Notes: generated by a model not told the origin, from the sequence alone. 64,000 nt of DNA from Candidatus Aminicenantes bacterium (GCA_016783445.1 JADHWO010000004.1:11212-75211); one strand, 5' to 3'; positions 20,825 to 30,357 are shown, counted from the first letter of the stretch. Translations and numbers: made by a program.

Positions 20825-21580
20825 TCAGATAATACCTAGCTCGCTGAACTGAGGAAATCCTGAATGAGATATCCCCCAGCAGGCGAAAAGAATAAGACTT
20901 AATAAAAAGACACCCAGGAAAAATATAAGAAAGGGATACTTCCCTCTTTCTTTTTGTCTTCGAAAATAAAGAAAAAGAGCAAGGAGAAAGCCAGCTCCTG
21001 CGGCGGGAAAAGCAAAAACAACTGACTGGCCTTCTATTGCTTCCACTGTAAAAGTAAAACCAAATAAAACTGCCCCGACTGAAAGAAGAATAATGTTTTT
21101 CCAGGAGATAGACTTGATAAAAAACTGGGAAGCTATAATGACCAAGCCTACAGAAATTAGAAAAACTCCTCCGTGCCATATAAGATGGCTGATTGTCTCA
21201 TCAAAAAGATATGTGGCCCGGTATAATTCCGAATCTTTCATGTTCTGAACAAGCCTGGCAAGAGAATTCGAAGAGAGATGGATACCATGACCACTCACAT
21301 AACAAAGAAATCCAATAGCTAAAAAGATCCGCGCCGAAATCCTTAAATTATCAAGCGAGGGCAACTGCCCTTGGATGGAATATAGAGTTTTATTGGTACG
21401 TGAATAAAAAATGTAAGCTAAAGGAATAACGGCAAAGGGAGTTATAAAATCAAGTGTATCTCCCCCAGTTAAAGGCCATTTAAGATAGCTCGTAAGGAGA
21501 GCTGGCAGGATATGAAAAAAAGCGAAGGAAAAACAGAAGGCAAAAAACCAGAAATATAGCCTATTACTATCTTCTTTCAT
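20825..21580 (-). CDS. Hypothetical integral membrane protein
   Basis: 251 aa with about 7 hydrophobic segments; convergent with pepD. Confidence 0.45.
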   Translation of the reverse strand: MKEDSNRLYFWFFAFCFSFAFFHILPALLTSYLKWPLTGGDTLDFITPFAVIPLAYIFYSRTNKTLYSIQGQLPSLDNLRISARIFLAIGFLCYVSGHGIHLSSNSLARLVQNMKDSELYRATYLFDETISHLIWHGGVFLISVGLVIIASQFFIKSISWKNIILLSVGAVLFGFTFTVEAIEGQSVVFAFPAAGAGFLLALFLYFRRQKERGKYPFLIFFLGVFLLSLILFACWGISHSGFPQFSELGII

Positions 21581-21809
21581 TCAAATCTCCGTCAAAAGAC
21601 ATGATAGAAATTGAAATTAATTCCTAAACCCTCGTCAATAAGAGCAATGTCAAACCGAACAACAAAGTTTTGAAGATAATATCTCAATCCTCAGTCAATA
21701 TCAACAACAGCTTTATTGAGCCTTATTCCTGAGAAGGATGGCCAAACGTTTCCCCAGTCTAAAAAAATGTTGCCTCTTTTGTTTTTTTTCTAATGGAAGT
21801 TCTTGAGAA

Positions 21810-21849
21810 TATCAATTTAAAAAGTTGACTAACCCGAGTTAGTCAGCTT
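21810..21849 (-). terminator. Rho-independent terminator downstream of the beta-barrel gene
   Basis: Inverted repeat aagttgactaac-ccga-gttagtcagctt (11/12 bp stem) directly after the stop at 21851, followed on the minus strand by a T-rich tract. Confidence 0.6.
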
Positions 21850-21850
21850 T

Positions 21851-23305
21851 TTAAAAATGTAATCCAAAATTTATCCCAAATCCAAAACCGCCAAAACTTA
21901 CTCTTTTTTCAGGAAAATTTAGTATCATTGAACTATAAATCATATTAAATTGTTCATCATAGTCCCCAACATAATAACCGGTTAATTGAAAATCTTCGAT
22001 TTTTACAGGAATATATTTGTAATCGATATTCACTCCCACTGACCAATGCCTATTGAAAAAGTAATCATATTCTCCAAAAGCAATAAAAGTTAAGCCATTT
22101 TTTGAAAAATTGATATTATCGCCTTTCCCTCCTGAGAATCTCCATTCAGATGTTCTAAAATCTAGATTAAGATTACTTATTCCTATTCCAGCTCCTAGTT
22201 TAAAAGATGACTTCCTGAGAAAAGCATCTGGAATAGGCATCCACGCGCCTGTAATATAGTAAACACTTCCCGAATAATTTCCCAAGAGATAAAGGTCTGT
22301 GTAGTATTGTCTTCCTTCTTTATAGACTGTAACGTACTTATAACCATGAATTTCATGCTCTCCTAAAGGAAAATATCCAACACCCAAGGCAAATTTTTGG
22401 CTGATTGAATATTCAATTCTTATATTTTTAAAAAAAATAACAGGATCTTTTGCTACTTGCGGGAAATCTGTTGGTCCATATGAACCAAATGAAACAAAGA
22501 ATAGCATGAGCTCTCCACCTGGCTTTGTATCTCCAAAACCCCAATCTTTAAAATATCCTGAATAATTTTTAACTCCGTGAGAATTAAAATAACCAGGATT
22601 AAAAGTGAAATGAAAGCGGCTGAACTTACTAGATCTAGGTTTTTGATAATGTCTCTCATTAAATCTAATATGCTTTTTTTGAATTACATTTTTTTCAACA
22701 GGATTTCGAACTTTTTTCTTCATTAAAGAATTTGTCATTTTGTAACTATGAGGCAATTCTAGGGGAAACCGTGATTTAGAATTCAACTTTTTCAGAATGC
22801 TATCTACTTCTTCATTTGGCCTTCCTTCCAAAATTATCGACTCATCAATACCTTTGATAGCGCCCCAAATACCGCCAATTGGCGCTGATAAAATTGCCAA
22901 TCCTAATCCTCCTATCAAAGCCTTCTGACCGGCTGTCATACTGAACCAACCAGGCGGATCATCGCCGCTTAAAAGACCCAGCAATGCACCACTTCCTCCG
23001 CCAATCAATAATCCAGCTCCAAGACCTTTTAATAACTTTGATTTCTTCAAAATTCGGATACTTCTCAATTCATATATATCCGTTGTAATCCCAGATAAAG
23101 ATAAATCATCCATAAGAATAAGCTTGCTCCCTTTTACTGCTAGAAGTTCTGCCTTGATAATTTGGCCATCTAATGTCTGAATTAGAAGCTTAGCACCGTG
23201 TTTTTTTTCTTTAGCGTAAGAATCAGTCGCAAAAGTAATAACTGCAAAAAGTGTAATTAAAAATATTAGCTTCTTCCCCATTGATTTAAATTTTTTCTCT
23301 TTCAT
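21851..23305 (-). CDS. Outer-membrane beta-barrel protein with a glycine-zipper-rich periplasmic region (first transcription unit of the proposed regulon)
   Basis: Start placed at MKEKKFKS (GGGAGG 7 nt upstream); signal peptide ...TDSYA. Central GxxxG glycine-zipper tract; C-terminal half has alternating aromatic/hydrophobic beta-strand pattern ending ...GINFGLHF (terminal Phe typical of OMPs). The listed ORF start at 23368 overlaps the promoter motif and is unlikely. Confidence 0.6.
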   Translation of the reverse strand: MKEKKFKSMGKKLIFLITLFAVITFATDSYAKEKKHGAKLLIQTLDGQIIKAELLAVKGSKLILMDDLSLSGITTDIYELRSIRILKKSKLLKGLGAGLLIGGGSGALLGLLSGDDPPGWFSMTAGQKALIGGLGLAILSAPIGGIWGAIKGIDESIILEGRPNEEVDSILKKLNSKSRFPLELPHSYKMTNSLMKKKVRNPVEKNVIQKKHIRFNERHYQKPRSSKFSRFHFTFNPGYFNSHGVKNYSGYFKDWGFGDTKPGGELMLFFVSFGSYGPTDFPQVAKDPVIFFKNIRIEYSISQKFALGVGYFPLGEHEIHGYKYVTVYKEGRQYYTDLYLLGNYSGSVYYITGAWMPIPDAFLRKSSFKLGAGIGISNLNLDFRTSEWRFSGGKGDNINFSKNGLTFIAFGEYDYFFNRHWSVGVNIDYKYIPVKIEDFQLTGYYVGDYDEQFNMIYSSMILNFPEKRVSFGGFGFGINFGLHF

Positions 23306-23360
23306 CTCATTCCTCCCTAATCTTCTTTCTCTACATAATTTAGGCATATTGGGGAAAAGA

Positions 23361-23405
23361 GTTGTCAAAGAGATGTTAAAAGTTTGTTAAAAGTTTGTTA
23401 AAAAA
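23361..23405 (-). promoter_or_regulatory. Promoter-operator motif A: four direct half-sites (TTAACAAAC / TTAACAAAC / TTAACATCT / TTGACAACT) at 11-bp phasing; the last is a -35-like TTGACA
   Basis: Minus-strand reading TTTTTAACAAACTTTTAACAAACTTTTAACATCTCTTTGACAAC. Near-identical copies at 25776-25820 and 30358-30401, each just upstream of a minus-strand transcription unit. Confidence 0.6.
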
Positions 23406-23416
23406 GCAGAAATATC

Positions 23417-23458
23417 GAAAAAAAGGGGACTGTTCCTTAAAAAATAGGAACAATCCCC
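23417..23458 (-). terminator. Rho-independent terminator after the radical SAM gene
   Basis: ggggactgttcct-taaaaaat-aggaacaatcccc hairpin followed (minus strand) by TTTTTTTCG, between the stop at 23486 and promoter motif A. Confidence 0.6.
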
Positions 23459-23485
23459 AATATTTGCTGCTAGCAGAGGCTATTT

Positions 23486-24853
23486 TTACGAACCGGTAAT
23501 TGTATACACTTTTTTCTGAGCATGGTCTCTCTGGAAAATGGATAATCTAAAGAATACTGAGGAAATAATCAAAGAACGGAATATCCGTTTCAGTATATTC
23601 CCTTTAGTTGACATTGTGGAGATAAATCTCCACCACCTTTTAACAATACTTTTCCAGGAATAGAAGTATTTATTGATTCTGCGATAGGCTTTAAAAACAT
23701 CTTCCGAAGAAACTCGTTTTGGTGTAAAGACAAGATGGTCACCTTCATAATGTGAAAGGTCTTTATCAAAAATCCTCCCTTCTGACTCTACTTCTTTATG
23801 GAATGGTGTCCCGGGAATTGGGATGGAAATAGAGGTAAGTATTGAGCTCGGGTCAATATCATCAAGCCTCTCAGGCAGACTCTCGTAATAGGAAGGAGTA
23901 TCCTCATCAAGAGCCAGCATCAAACCTGTAAATGTCAAAATCCCACGCTTCTTAAGCTTCTCAAACAGCTCCTTGTATTCCTCCACTTTGTTCTGCCTCT
24001 TATGGACTGATGAAAGGCTTGGCTCATTTAATGACTCCAATCCAATAAAAGCCATTCCGCACCGCGCCTCGACTAACAGGTCTATATATTCATCATCATG
24101 AAGGCAGTCAAAGCTGAACTGGGCTCCTAATCCCCATAGTTTCAATTTGGCGATCTCTTTTAAAAGTTCTTTGGCATAACCCATATCTCCACCGAGATTA
24201 TTGTCAAGGAGCATTGCCATTTTGCGTTTATGGAATGGAAGTTTAGAGGTAGCGGTTAAATCACGGATCACATCCTCTATCGGCCTGCAGCGGTACGGAG
24301 TAGGTTTAACCGTAAGCTGACAGAAACTGCACTTGTATTTACATCCCCTCGTAGCCTCAGTCACAACAGGAACCGCAAAATCTGACTCAATCAGGTCATA
24401 TCGTGGAGGAGGTATATTGTCTAAAGATGGAGCAAGAGGTGCCTCATAAACCTTCTTCAATTTTCCATTTACCATATCCTCAACCACCTGGGCCCAAACA
24501 GGCTCTGCCTCCCCCACAACTACTGAATCCATGTGGGGAATAACCTCTTCAGGAAAAGTGGAAGGATATTTCCCACCTGCTACGACTGTTTTCCCAAGCT
24601 TTCTAAACTTATCCGCTACTTCAAAAGCATGGGGTGCACAGTAATCCATAAAGCTGAGCCCAATAAAATCTGCATCTGTGTTGTAATCGATAGGACGAAC
24701 CATCTCATGGAGAAGATCTACATCAACTATAGGTGGAGTCAAGCCAGCTACTAGAGCACCTGCGAGGGGTGGAGCTGGAGACCTGGCAAAATAAGTCTTT
24801 TCATCTCCCAGATTTTGGAAAAGTACAATAATTTGTAATTTTGGTTTATTCAT
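23486..24853 (-). CDS. B12-binding-domain radical SAM enzyme
   Basis: 455 aa; N-terminal cobalamin-binding-like Rossmann region then CKYKCSFCQ (CxxxCxxC); 8-nt overlap with the upstream SDR gene. Confidence 0.75.
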   Translation of the reverse strand: MNKPKLQIIVLFQNLGDEKTYFARSPAPPLAGALVAGLTPPIVDVDLLHEMVRPIDYNTDADFIGLSFMDYCAPHAFEVADKFRKLGKTVVAGGKYPSTFPEEVIPHMDSVVVGEAEPVWAQVVEDMVNGKLKKVYEAPLAPSLDNIPPPRYDLIESDFAVPVVTEATRGCKYKCSFCQLTVKPTPYRCRPIEDVIRDLTATSKLPFHKRKMAMLLDNNLGGDMGYAKELLKEIAKLKLWGLGAQFSFDCLHDDEYIDLLVEARCGMAFIGLESLNEPSLSSVHKRQNKVEEYKELFEKLKKRGILTFTGLMLALDEDTPSYYESLPERLDDIDPSSILTSISIPIPGTPFHKEVESEGRIFDKDLSHYEGDHLVFTPKRVSSEDVFKAYRRINKYFYSWKSIVKRWWRFISTMSTKGNILKRIFRSLIISSVFFRLSIFQRDHAQKKVYTITGS

Positions 24854-25667
24854 TAAATTCCTCCTTTTTATTTCGTAATTTATTCGCGATTCTTTTCATA
24901 ACCCTTATAACAAGCCAGGGCAGGAAACTTCGAGACAGTGCCAGCATCTTACCTCCAAGGGAAAGAATTAACTCCTGTTTTTCTTTTTTTATGGCTCTAA
25001 CAATAGTTTTTGCAACTCTCTGGGGAGAAACATAGGGGCCAGGAGGCCGGTGTGCCCCTCCCACATTCTTCTCTTTTTCGAAAAAGCCAGTCTGAGTATA
25101 GCCTGGATAAACGTTCATTATTGAGACACCGCTCCCTGCCAGCTCGGCACGCAAACTCTGGCCAAGGGCAACAAGCGCGGCTTTACTGGCACTATAAGCA
25201 CCCAGATAAGGAACGCCGTACATGGCTGCAACAGAGGAAATATTTACAATTAGCCCGCTACCATTTTTTTTCAGAAGAGGCAGGACTCTTAGAATACAAT
25301 GAACAGCCCCAAAAAAATTGACCTCCATTACTGAGCGGAAGTCCTCTAATGCCGTCATCTCACTATACCCATAAACTCCTGTGCCAGCATTGTTGATTAA
25401 GATGTCGATGCCCCCTAACTGGTCTTCACATCTTTTAATAAGCTGGTTGACCTTCTCCCTATTTGCTACATCACAGGCAACGGCAAGGGGAGCTTGAATC
25501 CCTGGGAAAGTATCTTCTAATTCATCAGCGACCTTCCTCAGAGAGCCAAAGCTACGGGATGTTATAGCTAGTTTTGCTCCTTTATTTGCAAATTCAAAGG
25601 CAAGCGCTTTGCCGATTCCAGAAGATGCTCCTGTTATAAGCACTCTCAAATCCCTGATTTCTGACAT
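24846..25667 (-). CDS. Short-chain dehydrogenase/reductase (SDR)
   Basis: 273 aa; TGASSGIG cofactor motif, NNAG, and YxxxK (YSASK) catalytic motif. Confidence 0.85.
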   Translation of the reverse strand: MSEIRDLRVLITGASSGIGKALAFEFANKGAKLAITSRSFGSLRKVADELEDTFPGIQAPLAVACDVANREKVNQLIKRCEDQLGGIDILINNAGTGVYGYSEMTALEDFRSVMEVNFFGAVHCILRVLPLLKKNGSGLIVNISSVAAMYGVPYLGAYSASKAALVALGQSLRAELAGSGVSIMNVYPGYTQTGFFEKEKNVGGAHRPPGPYVSPQRVAKTIVRAIKKEKQELILSLGGKMLALSRSFLPWLVIRVMKRIANKLRNKKEEFNE

Positions 25668-25775
25668 TTTTTATCCTAGTGACCGAAGTTTTGTAAAATG
25701 GAGACTGTCTCCATTTTTCGCAATTTTTTAATTTATTTATCCTCTTTCTATAATGTAACTCTCCCCTGAGATAAA

Positions 25776-25820
25776 GTTGTCAAAGAGATGTTAAGAGTTT
25801 GTTAAAAGTTTGTTAAAAAA
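25776..25820 (-). promoter_or_regulatory. Promoter-operator motif B (same 4 x 11-bp direct-repeat array ending in TTGACA)
   Basis: Minus strand TTTTTAACAAACTTTTAACAAACTCTTAACATCTCTTTGACAAC, about 110 nt upstream of the SDR start codon. Confidence 0.6.
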
Positions 25821-25842
25821 GGCAGGGAAATAAAAAAATGTA

Positions 25843-25889
25843 GGAAAAAGGGGGCAGGCTACTTTTTTTTAAAAAAGTAGCCTATCCCC
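25843..25889 (-). terminator. Rho-independent terminator closing the five-gene unit
   Basis: gggggcaggctac-(AT loop)-gtagcctatcccc hairpin with T-runs on both strands, immediately downstream of the stop of 25906..26334. Confidence 0.55.
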
Positions 25890-25905
25890 TTTTTTGCTTT
25901 TTTAG

Positions 25906-26334
25906 TTAATTAGTTCTATTTTTCCAGATTGCCAGAACAAGAAAAATACCTCCACCAAGACAGAGAAGGTTTATTAATATATTCAAAATACCTTCTCCAA
26001 CTCCTGTGAGATAGATTCCATGTTGGATATTAAACGAGATATCCAGAAGCCCAAGAAAGATAAGAGAAGCTCCCCCCATTAGGGAAAACAGACTGCCGTA
26101 AGACTTCTTTTTCAATAAGCCAATTCCACCGATAGTTAAAACTAAAGACAGATAGATATCAGGCACAGGAAAAGCTGATTCAAAAGCCAAATAGATCTCT
26201 TTCAATTGTGGGTCATTAAAACTTATTAAGTCCGTAGTAAAAAAAGCGATCCAGAAAAATACAATTCCAACTGCCAGTGCCAGCTCCAAAATGGCAGCAG
26301 TTTTAATCACTCCCGTCAATTTGACCTTTTTCAT
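25906..26334 (-). CDS. Small 4-TM membrane protein, last gene of the five-gene unit
   Basis: 142 aa, four hydrophobic helices; no recognisable family. Confidence 0.5.
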   Translation of the reverse strand: MKKVKLTGVIKTAAILELALAVGIVFFWIAFFTTDLISFNDPQLKEIYLAFESAFPVPDIYLSLVLTIGGIGLLKKKSYGSLFSLMGGASLIFLGLLDISFNIQHGIYLTGVGEGILNILINLLCLGGGIFLVLAIWKNRTN

Positions 26335-26376
26335 GTCAAATCCAATAATTGTTTAAAATATTATATAAAGTCTTTA

Positions 26377-27216
26377 TTATTCGCCTGTTTGCATTTTTTT
26401 CTTCTTTTCACGTCTTTTTCTTATCGTACTGCTTCCAATCTTCTCCAGGAGCGGCAAAAGCAAGAAGTAAAACTTGGGAAAAGCCATTCCAATCCGGCAG
26501 AAAACTCCCATTCCGGACGGAACCAGTATTTCCGCCTTATTCTTACGCACTGCTTTGATTATTCCTTTAGCAACCTTTTCAGGTTTTAAGGGTTCCCCTA
26601 TAAAGGAAAGCACAGCCTCGTCATATAAAAGTTCATAATCAAGCTGTGGAGTATCTACAGAATCAGGACAAACTACAGCTATTCCCACGGGAGATTTACG
26701 CAATTCAGCATATAGCGAAAAAGAATAGCCTCGAATGGCGAATTTAGTAGCGCTATAGATAGCTTCACCCGGCATCGGAACAATACCTCCCAATGAGGCA
26801 ACATTGACAATTTTACCAGAATTCTGCTCTTTCATAAGAGGCAAAACTGCCCGGCATCCATTAATAGTTCCTAAAAAGTTTACTGAAACCTGATGATGGA
26901 CTTTCTCTAAGGCAATTTTTTCAGTTGCTCCTGGGTGAATAACGCCTGCATTGTTAACAAGAATATCAATTTTGCCGTACTTTTGCCTGACATTCTCTAT
27001 AAGCGACTGCCAGGATTCAGGGTTTGTGACATCATGTTCAATAACCATGGTCTCTGTTCCCAGATCCTTCAAGGCCACACTTAATTCTTCTAATTCTTTC
27101 TTTCGAATATCTGTCAGGACTAAAACAGCACCTTGTTTGGCAAAAATATGTGCTGTAGCTGAGCCTATACCACCAGCTGCACCGGTAATGATTGTTACTT
27201 TTTCCTTAAGCATCAA
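26377..27216 (-). CDS. Short-chain dehydrogenase/reductase (SDR)
   Basis: 279 aa; TGAAGGIG, NNAG and YSATK motifs. Confidence 0.85.
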   Translation of the reverse strand: MMLKEKVTIITGAAGGIGSATAHIFAKQGAVLVLTDIRKKELEELSVALKDLGTETMVIEHDVTNPESWQSLIENVRQKYGKIDILVNNAGVIHPGATEKIALEKVHHQVSVNFLGTINGCRAVLPLMKEQNSGKIVNVASLGGIVPMPGEAIYSATKFAIRGYSFSLYAELRKSPVGIAVVCPDSVDTPQLDYELLYDEAVLSFIGEPLKPEKVAKGIIKAVRKNKAEILVPSGMGVFCRIGMAFPKFYFLLLPLLEKIGSSTIRKRREKKKKMQTGE

Positions 27217-27252
27217 ATTTCTCCTGGTAATGTTTAAAATGTTTAGATTACA

Positions 27253-28299
27253 CTACCAAATTCCAGCTTCTAGTGCAATGTGAAGTAATTCTGTTATATA
27301 GCCTTGAGGATCAGAACCAGCCGTCTCAGACAAGTTTCTAATCAATGTAGTATTAAGAGGGATTAGCTGTTCTTGAGTCTTGATGCTTACTCCTTCTCCG
27401 CTGGCCACCTCACCAATTAAGATAGGCATCCAACCGTTTAGGGCGGCCCTTTGAAGAAATTTTTTTTCATTCTGAGGGCTTATGGTAAAACAAAGCTCAA
27501 ATTCTCCATGAACCGCTGCCAGAGCCAACCACGGCGGAAGATTTTGAGCTCTGCACACCTGTTGTACAACCGGATGCAAGATACGCTCCCAATCATTATT
27601 AAGAATGAATTTGTTATGATTCAGCCGCATAAGTGTATCTAAAGTATGTAAAAGACCATCACTTGTATCCATGCAACAACTGGCAAATTCCCTGACTATT
27701 ATTCCCTCTGCGATTCTTGCGGCTGGTTTGTAGAAAAACTCCAGCATTTTATAATCCTGCCCGGACAGCCGCAAAAAAGCAAAAATGCTTCCCAGGCCTC
27801 CTGGACCGGAAAGGTATAACTTATCCTTTGGTTTTGCTCCTATTCTGGTAATGGCTGATTTTTTTGGAACAAGTCCAACAGCACACCCGGAAAGAAATAA
27901 TTCTTTTCCCTGGTTAGTATCTCCACCAAGAACAAATGTATTCAGCCGCTTGCAGGCATCAGAAATTCCCTCTGTCAGTCTCGCCATAAATGCCTCATCC
28001 TGAGTTGAGGGGAAGCTAATTGACACGAGCAGTCCCAGGGGTTCAGCTCCAACCGCAGCCAGATCTGAAAAATTAACCATAGCCAGCATCCAGCCAATAA
28101 GATATGGATCATCATATAAGCCAGTGGATACCTCTTCCACCAAAGCATCCGTTGTTATTGCTAGATATTTTTCACTTTCCTTTCCAAAATCTATCAACTC
28201 TGCATCTGCTTCGTGAATCTCATTTTTTTTATGTGGAGCTTTGAGATAATTTTTAGTTATCTTCTCGATTTTTAAGTTTTCTAAAATATCTTTTTTCAT
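27253..28299 (-). CDS. ThiL-like PurM-superfamily ATP-dependent enzyme (AIR-synthase-related kinase)
   Basis: 348 aa; segment DDPYLIGWMLAMVNFSDLAAVGAEPLGLLVSISFP matches the ThiL/PurM N-domain signature (AVNLSDLAAMGA...). The genomic context is not thiamine biosynthesis. Confidence 0.65.
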   Translation of the reverse strand: MKKDILENLKIEKITKNYLKAPHKKNEIHEADAELIDFGKESEKYLAITTDALVEEVSTGLYDDPYLIGWMLAMVNFSDLAAVGAEPLGLLVSISFPSTQDEAFMARLTEGISDACKRLNTFVLGGDTNQGKELFLSGCAVGLVPKKSAITRIGAKPKDKLYLSGPGGLGSIFAFLRLSGQDYKMLEFFYKPAARIAEGIIVREFASCCMDTSDGLLHTLDTLMRLNHNKFILNNDWERILHPVVQQVCRAQNLPPWLALAAVHGEFELCFTISPQNEKKFLQRAALNGWMPILIGEVASGEGVSIKTQEQLIPLNTTLIRNLSETAGSDPQGYITELLHIALEAGIW

Positions 28300-29225
28300 T
28301 GGCTTACTTTTAAGATTCCCTGCAGTAATTTGATCTTAATGTCACGAGCAAGGCATACTTCTCCATCAAGCTCCAGCGGTGTAAGAGAAACCGGGTAAAT
28401 ATCAATTCTATCCGTCTTCCAGCTCCTCGTTTTTGGCAGTCCTGAAAATTTAGATCGTGCAAGAGAGAAAATCGTCCTTAATCTGGCCAGGACTCCCATC
28501 TTCTCACAAAGAGCAACACCAAAAAAATCGCTTTGAGGAGAAATATTAAAATCGTAACAGAGATTCCCGCTGATATGAGGATTAATAACAACGCTCAAAC
28601 TGGAAACATCCGTTGAATAGCGTTTATTCCCAATTTTGATCTCTGTTGGAATATTCTTAGCTGAGAATAATGTCTTTAATGCAGAATACCAGATGGTTCC
28701 CTCAACCCACTTGGATTTCATCAATTTTATGATTTTCTCTTTTGAATTGAACAGAAAATTGGCTTGAGCTATAACTCCAATACTGCAATTTATGATGAAA
28801 TACCTTCTCTGCCATTTTCCATTTTCATCCTCAAAATCAACCTGCCCAACATTATGCTGAACAGCATTTTTATAATCCAATTTTAACGGCACTTTACCAT
28901 TATTGTTATTATTTTCAGAGGAAGACTTGTGAAAATCATTGCTCGAACCCAAACCAATAGCTCCCATAATTACTTTCCTGCGTTCCACCTTTCTCATATT
29001 CATTATTTGATTGAGTAAAAAATTAATCGTCCCATCCCCTCCAGCCGACACTAATAATCTTTCTCCTCTGCCATACTCCTGACGCAGGCTCTTGTGGAAT
29101 TCTTCTAAATCAGAAATGAGGATATAATTATTTTTGATATACTTTTTTTCCAGCTCAGGTCTGTACTTTTCCCATTTTTGAAACCCTTTGCCATTATTGG
29201 AATATTTGTTTAATAAAATAAGCAT
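28296..29225 (-). CDS. DAGK_cat-domain lipid kinase (YegS/BmrU/sphingosine-kinase-like)
   Basis: 309 aa; LLVSAGGDGTINF matches the diacylglycerol-kinase catalytic-domain GGDGT motif; overlaps the neighbouring genes. Confidence 0.7.
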   Translation of the reverse strand: MLILLNKYSNNGKGFQKWEKYRPELEKKYIKNNYILISDLEEFHKSLRQEYGRGERLLVSAGGDGTINFLLNQIMNMRKVERRKVIMGAIGLGSSNDFHKSSSENNNNNGKVPLKLDYKNAVQHNVGQVDFEDENGKWQRRYFIINCSIGVIAQANFLFNSKEKIIKLMKSKWVEGTIWYSALKTLFSAKNIPTEIKIGNKRYSTDVSSLSVVINPHISGNLCYDFNISPQSDFFGVALCEKMGVLARLRTIFSLARSKFSGLPKTRSWKTDRIDIYPVSLTPLELDGEVCLARDIKIKLLQGILKVSQ

Positions 29226-29229
29226 TGTC

Positions 29230-30285
29230 TCACACCTGCCTTTTTTCTGGTCTAAGTTTTAAAGTCAGTTCAAAGAATAAATAAAAGGCCACAATAAAAA
29301 CCAGCCAATTTATCTTCAGAGTTACAGTTATCGCTGCACAGTAAAGAATAAAAGAACGAACCACATTAGCTATCGCACCGTGAGCTTTGTTTTCATCCCT
29401 GGTTTGATGGATCTTGATCTGGGCATAAAGGTTTACAGCTACTGCTATAAAAAATATGGAAATTCCAAGTATGTTTTGCTCTCTGAACAAAATCAGTACC
29501 CAGCCGGTAAGCACAGCGGCTAAGAGAGCAATAACATCGCTGTATACAGCAGCTGCCTTCCAGCCAAAAACTACAGGAAAAGTCTTATAACCGGTCTTTC
29601 TATCAGCTGAAATATCTTTGAAATAACCCATCACAACAAAATTAGCATAACCGAAAAAAATCGCTAACACTGCTAAAAGGAAGGCCAAAGAATGTAAGTC
29701 TCCCAGCCGAATGATTTCCTTGACTGAATAATCTCTATCTACAAATCTCCCCATAACTGGCAGCAAAGCAACTATCCATGAATTCCAGAATGGCCCACCC
29801 CACCAGGTTCTTTTTAACGGAGTGTAAGTGAGCAAACCTATAACTGCAATAACACCAAAGACTAAAATTACAGGATTTAAATAAACCATGATTAAAATCG
29901 CCAGTGTTAATCCAGCAAGGCTGACACTTAAAACCTGCCAGCGGGAAATTATACCTTTTATCAAGGGACGATATGGGGAGGAGAGAGCATCTGTATCCAT
30001 TTGAAAACAATCTGTAAGAGCCTGTCCTAATCCGTAGGATAAGAACAGAGGGATAAAAGCAAGTGCAATTCTTACATCTCCCAGCTCTTTTATAAAAACA
30101 AGCCCTACCAATCCAGCACTTCCAGAGACAAAAAAAAGATATGGTCTCATTGTTGACCAAAAAGCCTTCCAAAAAGTTAAACTTAAGATATCCGCATACC
30201 GATAATTGGGCATGAAACATCCCCTCAGGAGATTTAATAAAATGAGCCCGGTACTTATTTTTATATTTTTACTTACTGCTAACAT
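29230..30285 (-). CDS. UbiA-family aromatic/polyprenyl prenyltransferase (integral membrane)
   Basis: About 8-9 TM helices. Asp-rich motifs TDCFQMDTD (NDxxDxxxD-like) and YFKDISADRKTG (DxxxD) fit the UbiA superfamily. True start may be the internal MPNYRY (30213). Confidence 0.7.
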   Translation of the reverse strand: MLAVSKNIKISTGLILLNLLRGCFMPNYRYADILSLTFWKAFWSTMRPYLFFVSGSAGLVGLVFIKELGDVRIALAFIPLFLSYGLGQALTDCFQMDTDALSSPYRPLIKGIISRWQVLSVSLAGLTLAILIMVYLNPVILVFGVIAVIGLLTYTPLKRTWWGGPFWNSWIVALLPVMGRFVDRDYSVKEIIRLGDLHSLAFLLAVLAIFFGYANFVVMGYFKDISADRKTGYKTFPVVFGWKAAAVYSDVIALLAAVLTGWVLILFREQNILGISIFFIAVAVNLYAQIKIHQTRDENKAHGAIANVVRSFILYCAAITVTLKINWLVFIVAFYLFFELTLKLRPEKRQV

Positions 30286-30357
30286 TATGCCTCCTGGAGT
30301 TTATTAATCTTCAATTTCTCCATTTCTATAAATAATCTAACTTCCCCTGGATCTAAA

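Noticed and set aside
23305-23368. Upstream in-frame start (MTTLFPNMPKLCRERRLGRNE...) for the outer-membrane protein gene
   Set aside because: That extension would overlap the conserved promoter motif and -35 box and has no RBS. The downstream ATG at 23305 has a GGGAGG SD and begins a typical signal peptide.
29735-30220. 161-aa alternative-frame ORF inside the UbiA gene, plus many other 60-130 aa ORFs nested or antisense within long genes (e.g. 3049-3420, 12785-13306, 43149-43818, 45158-46387, 53944-54465)
   Set aside because: They overlap well-supported longer CDSs with recognisable domains and have no independent motif or start signals. Typical six-frame noise.
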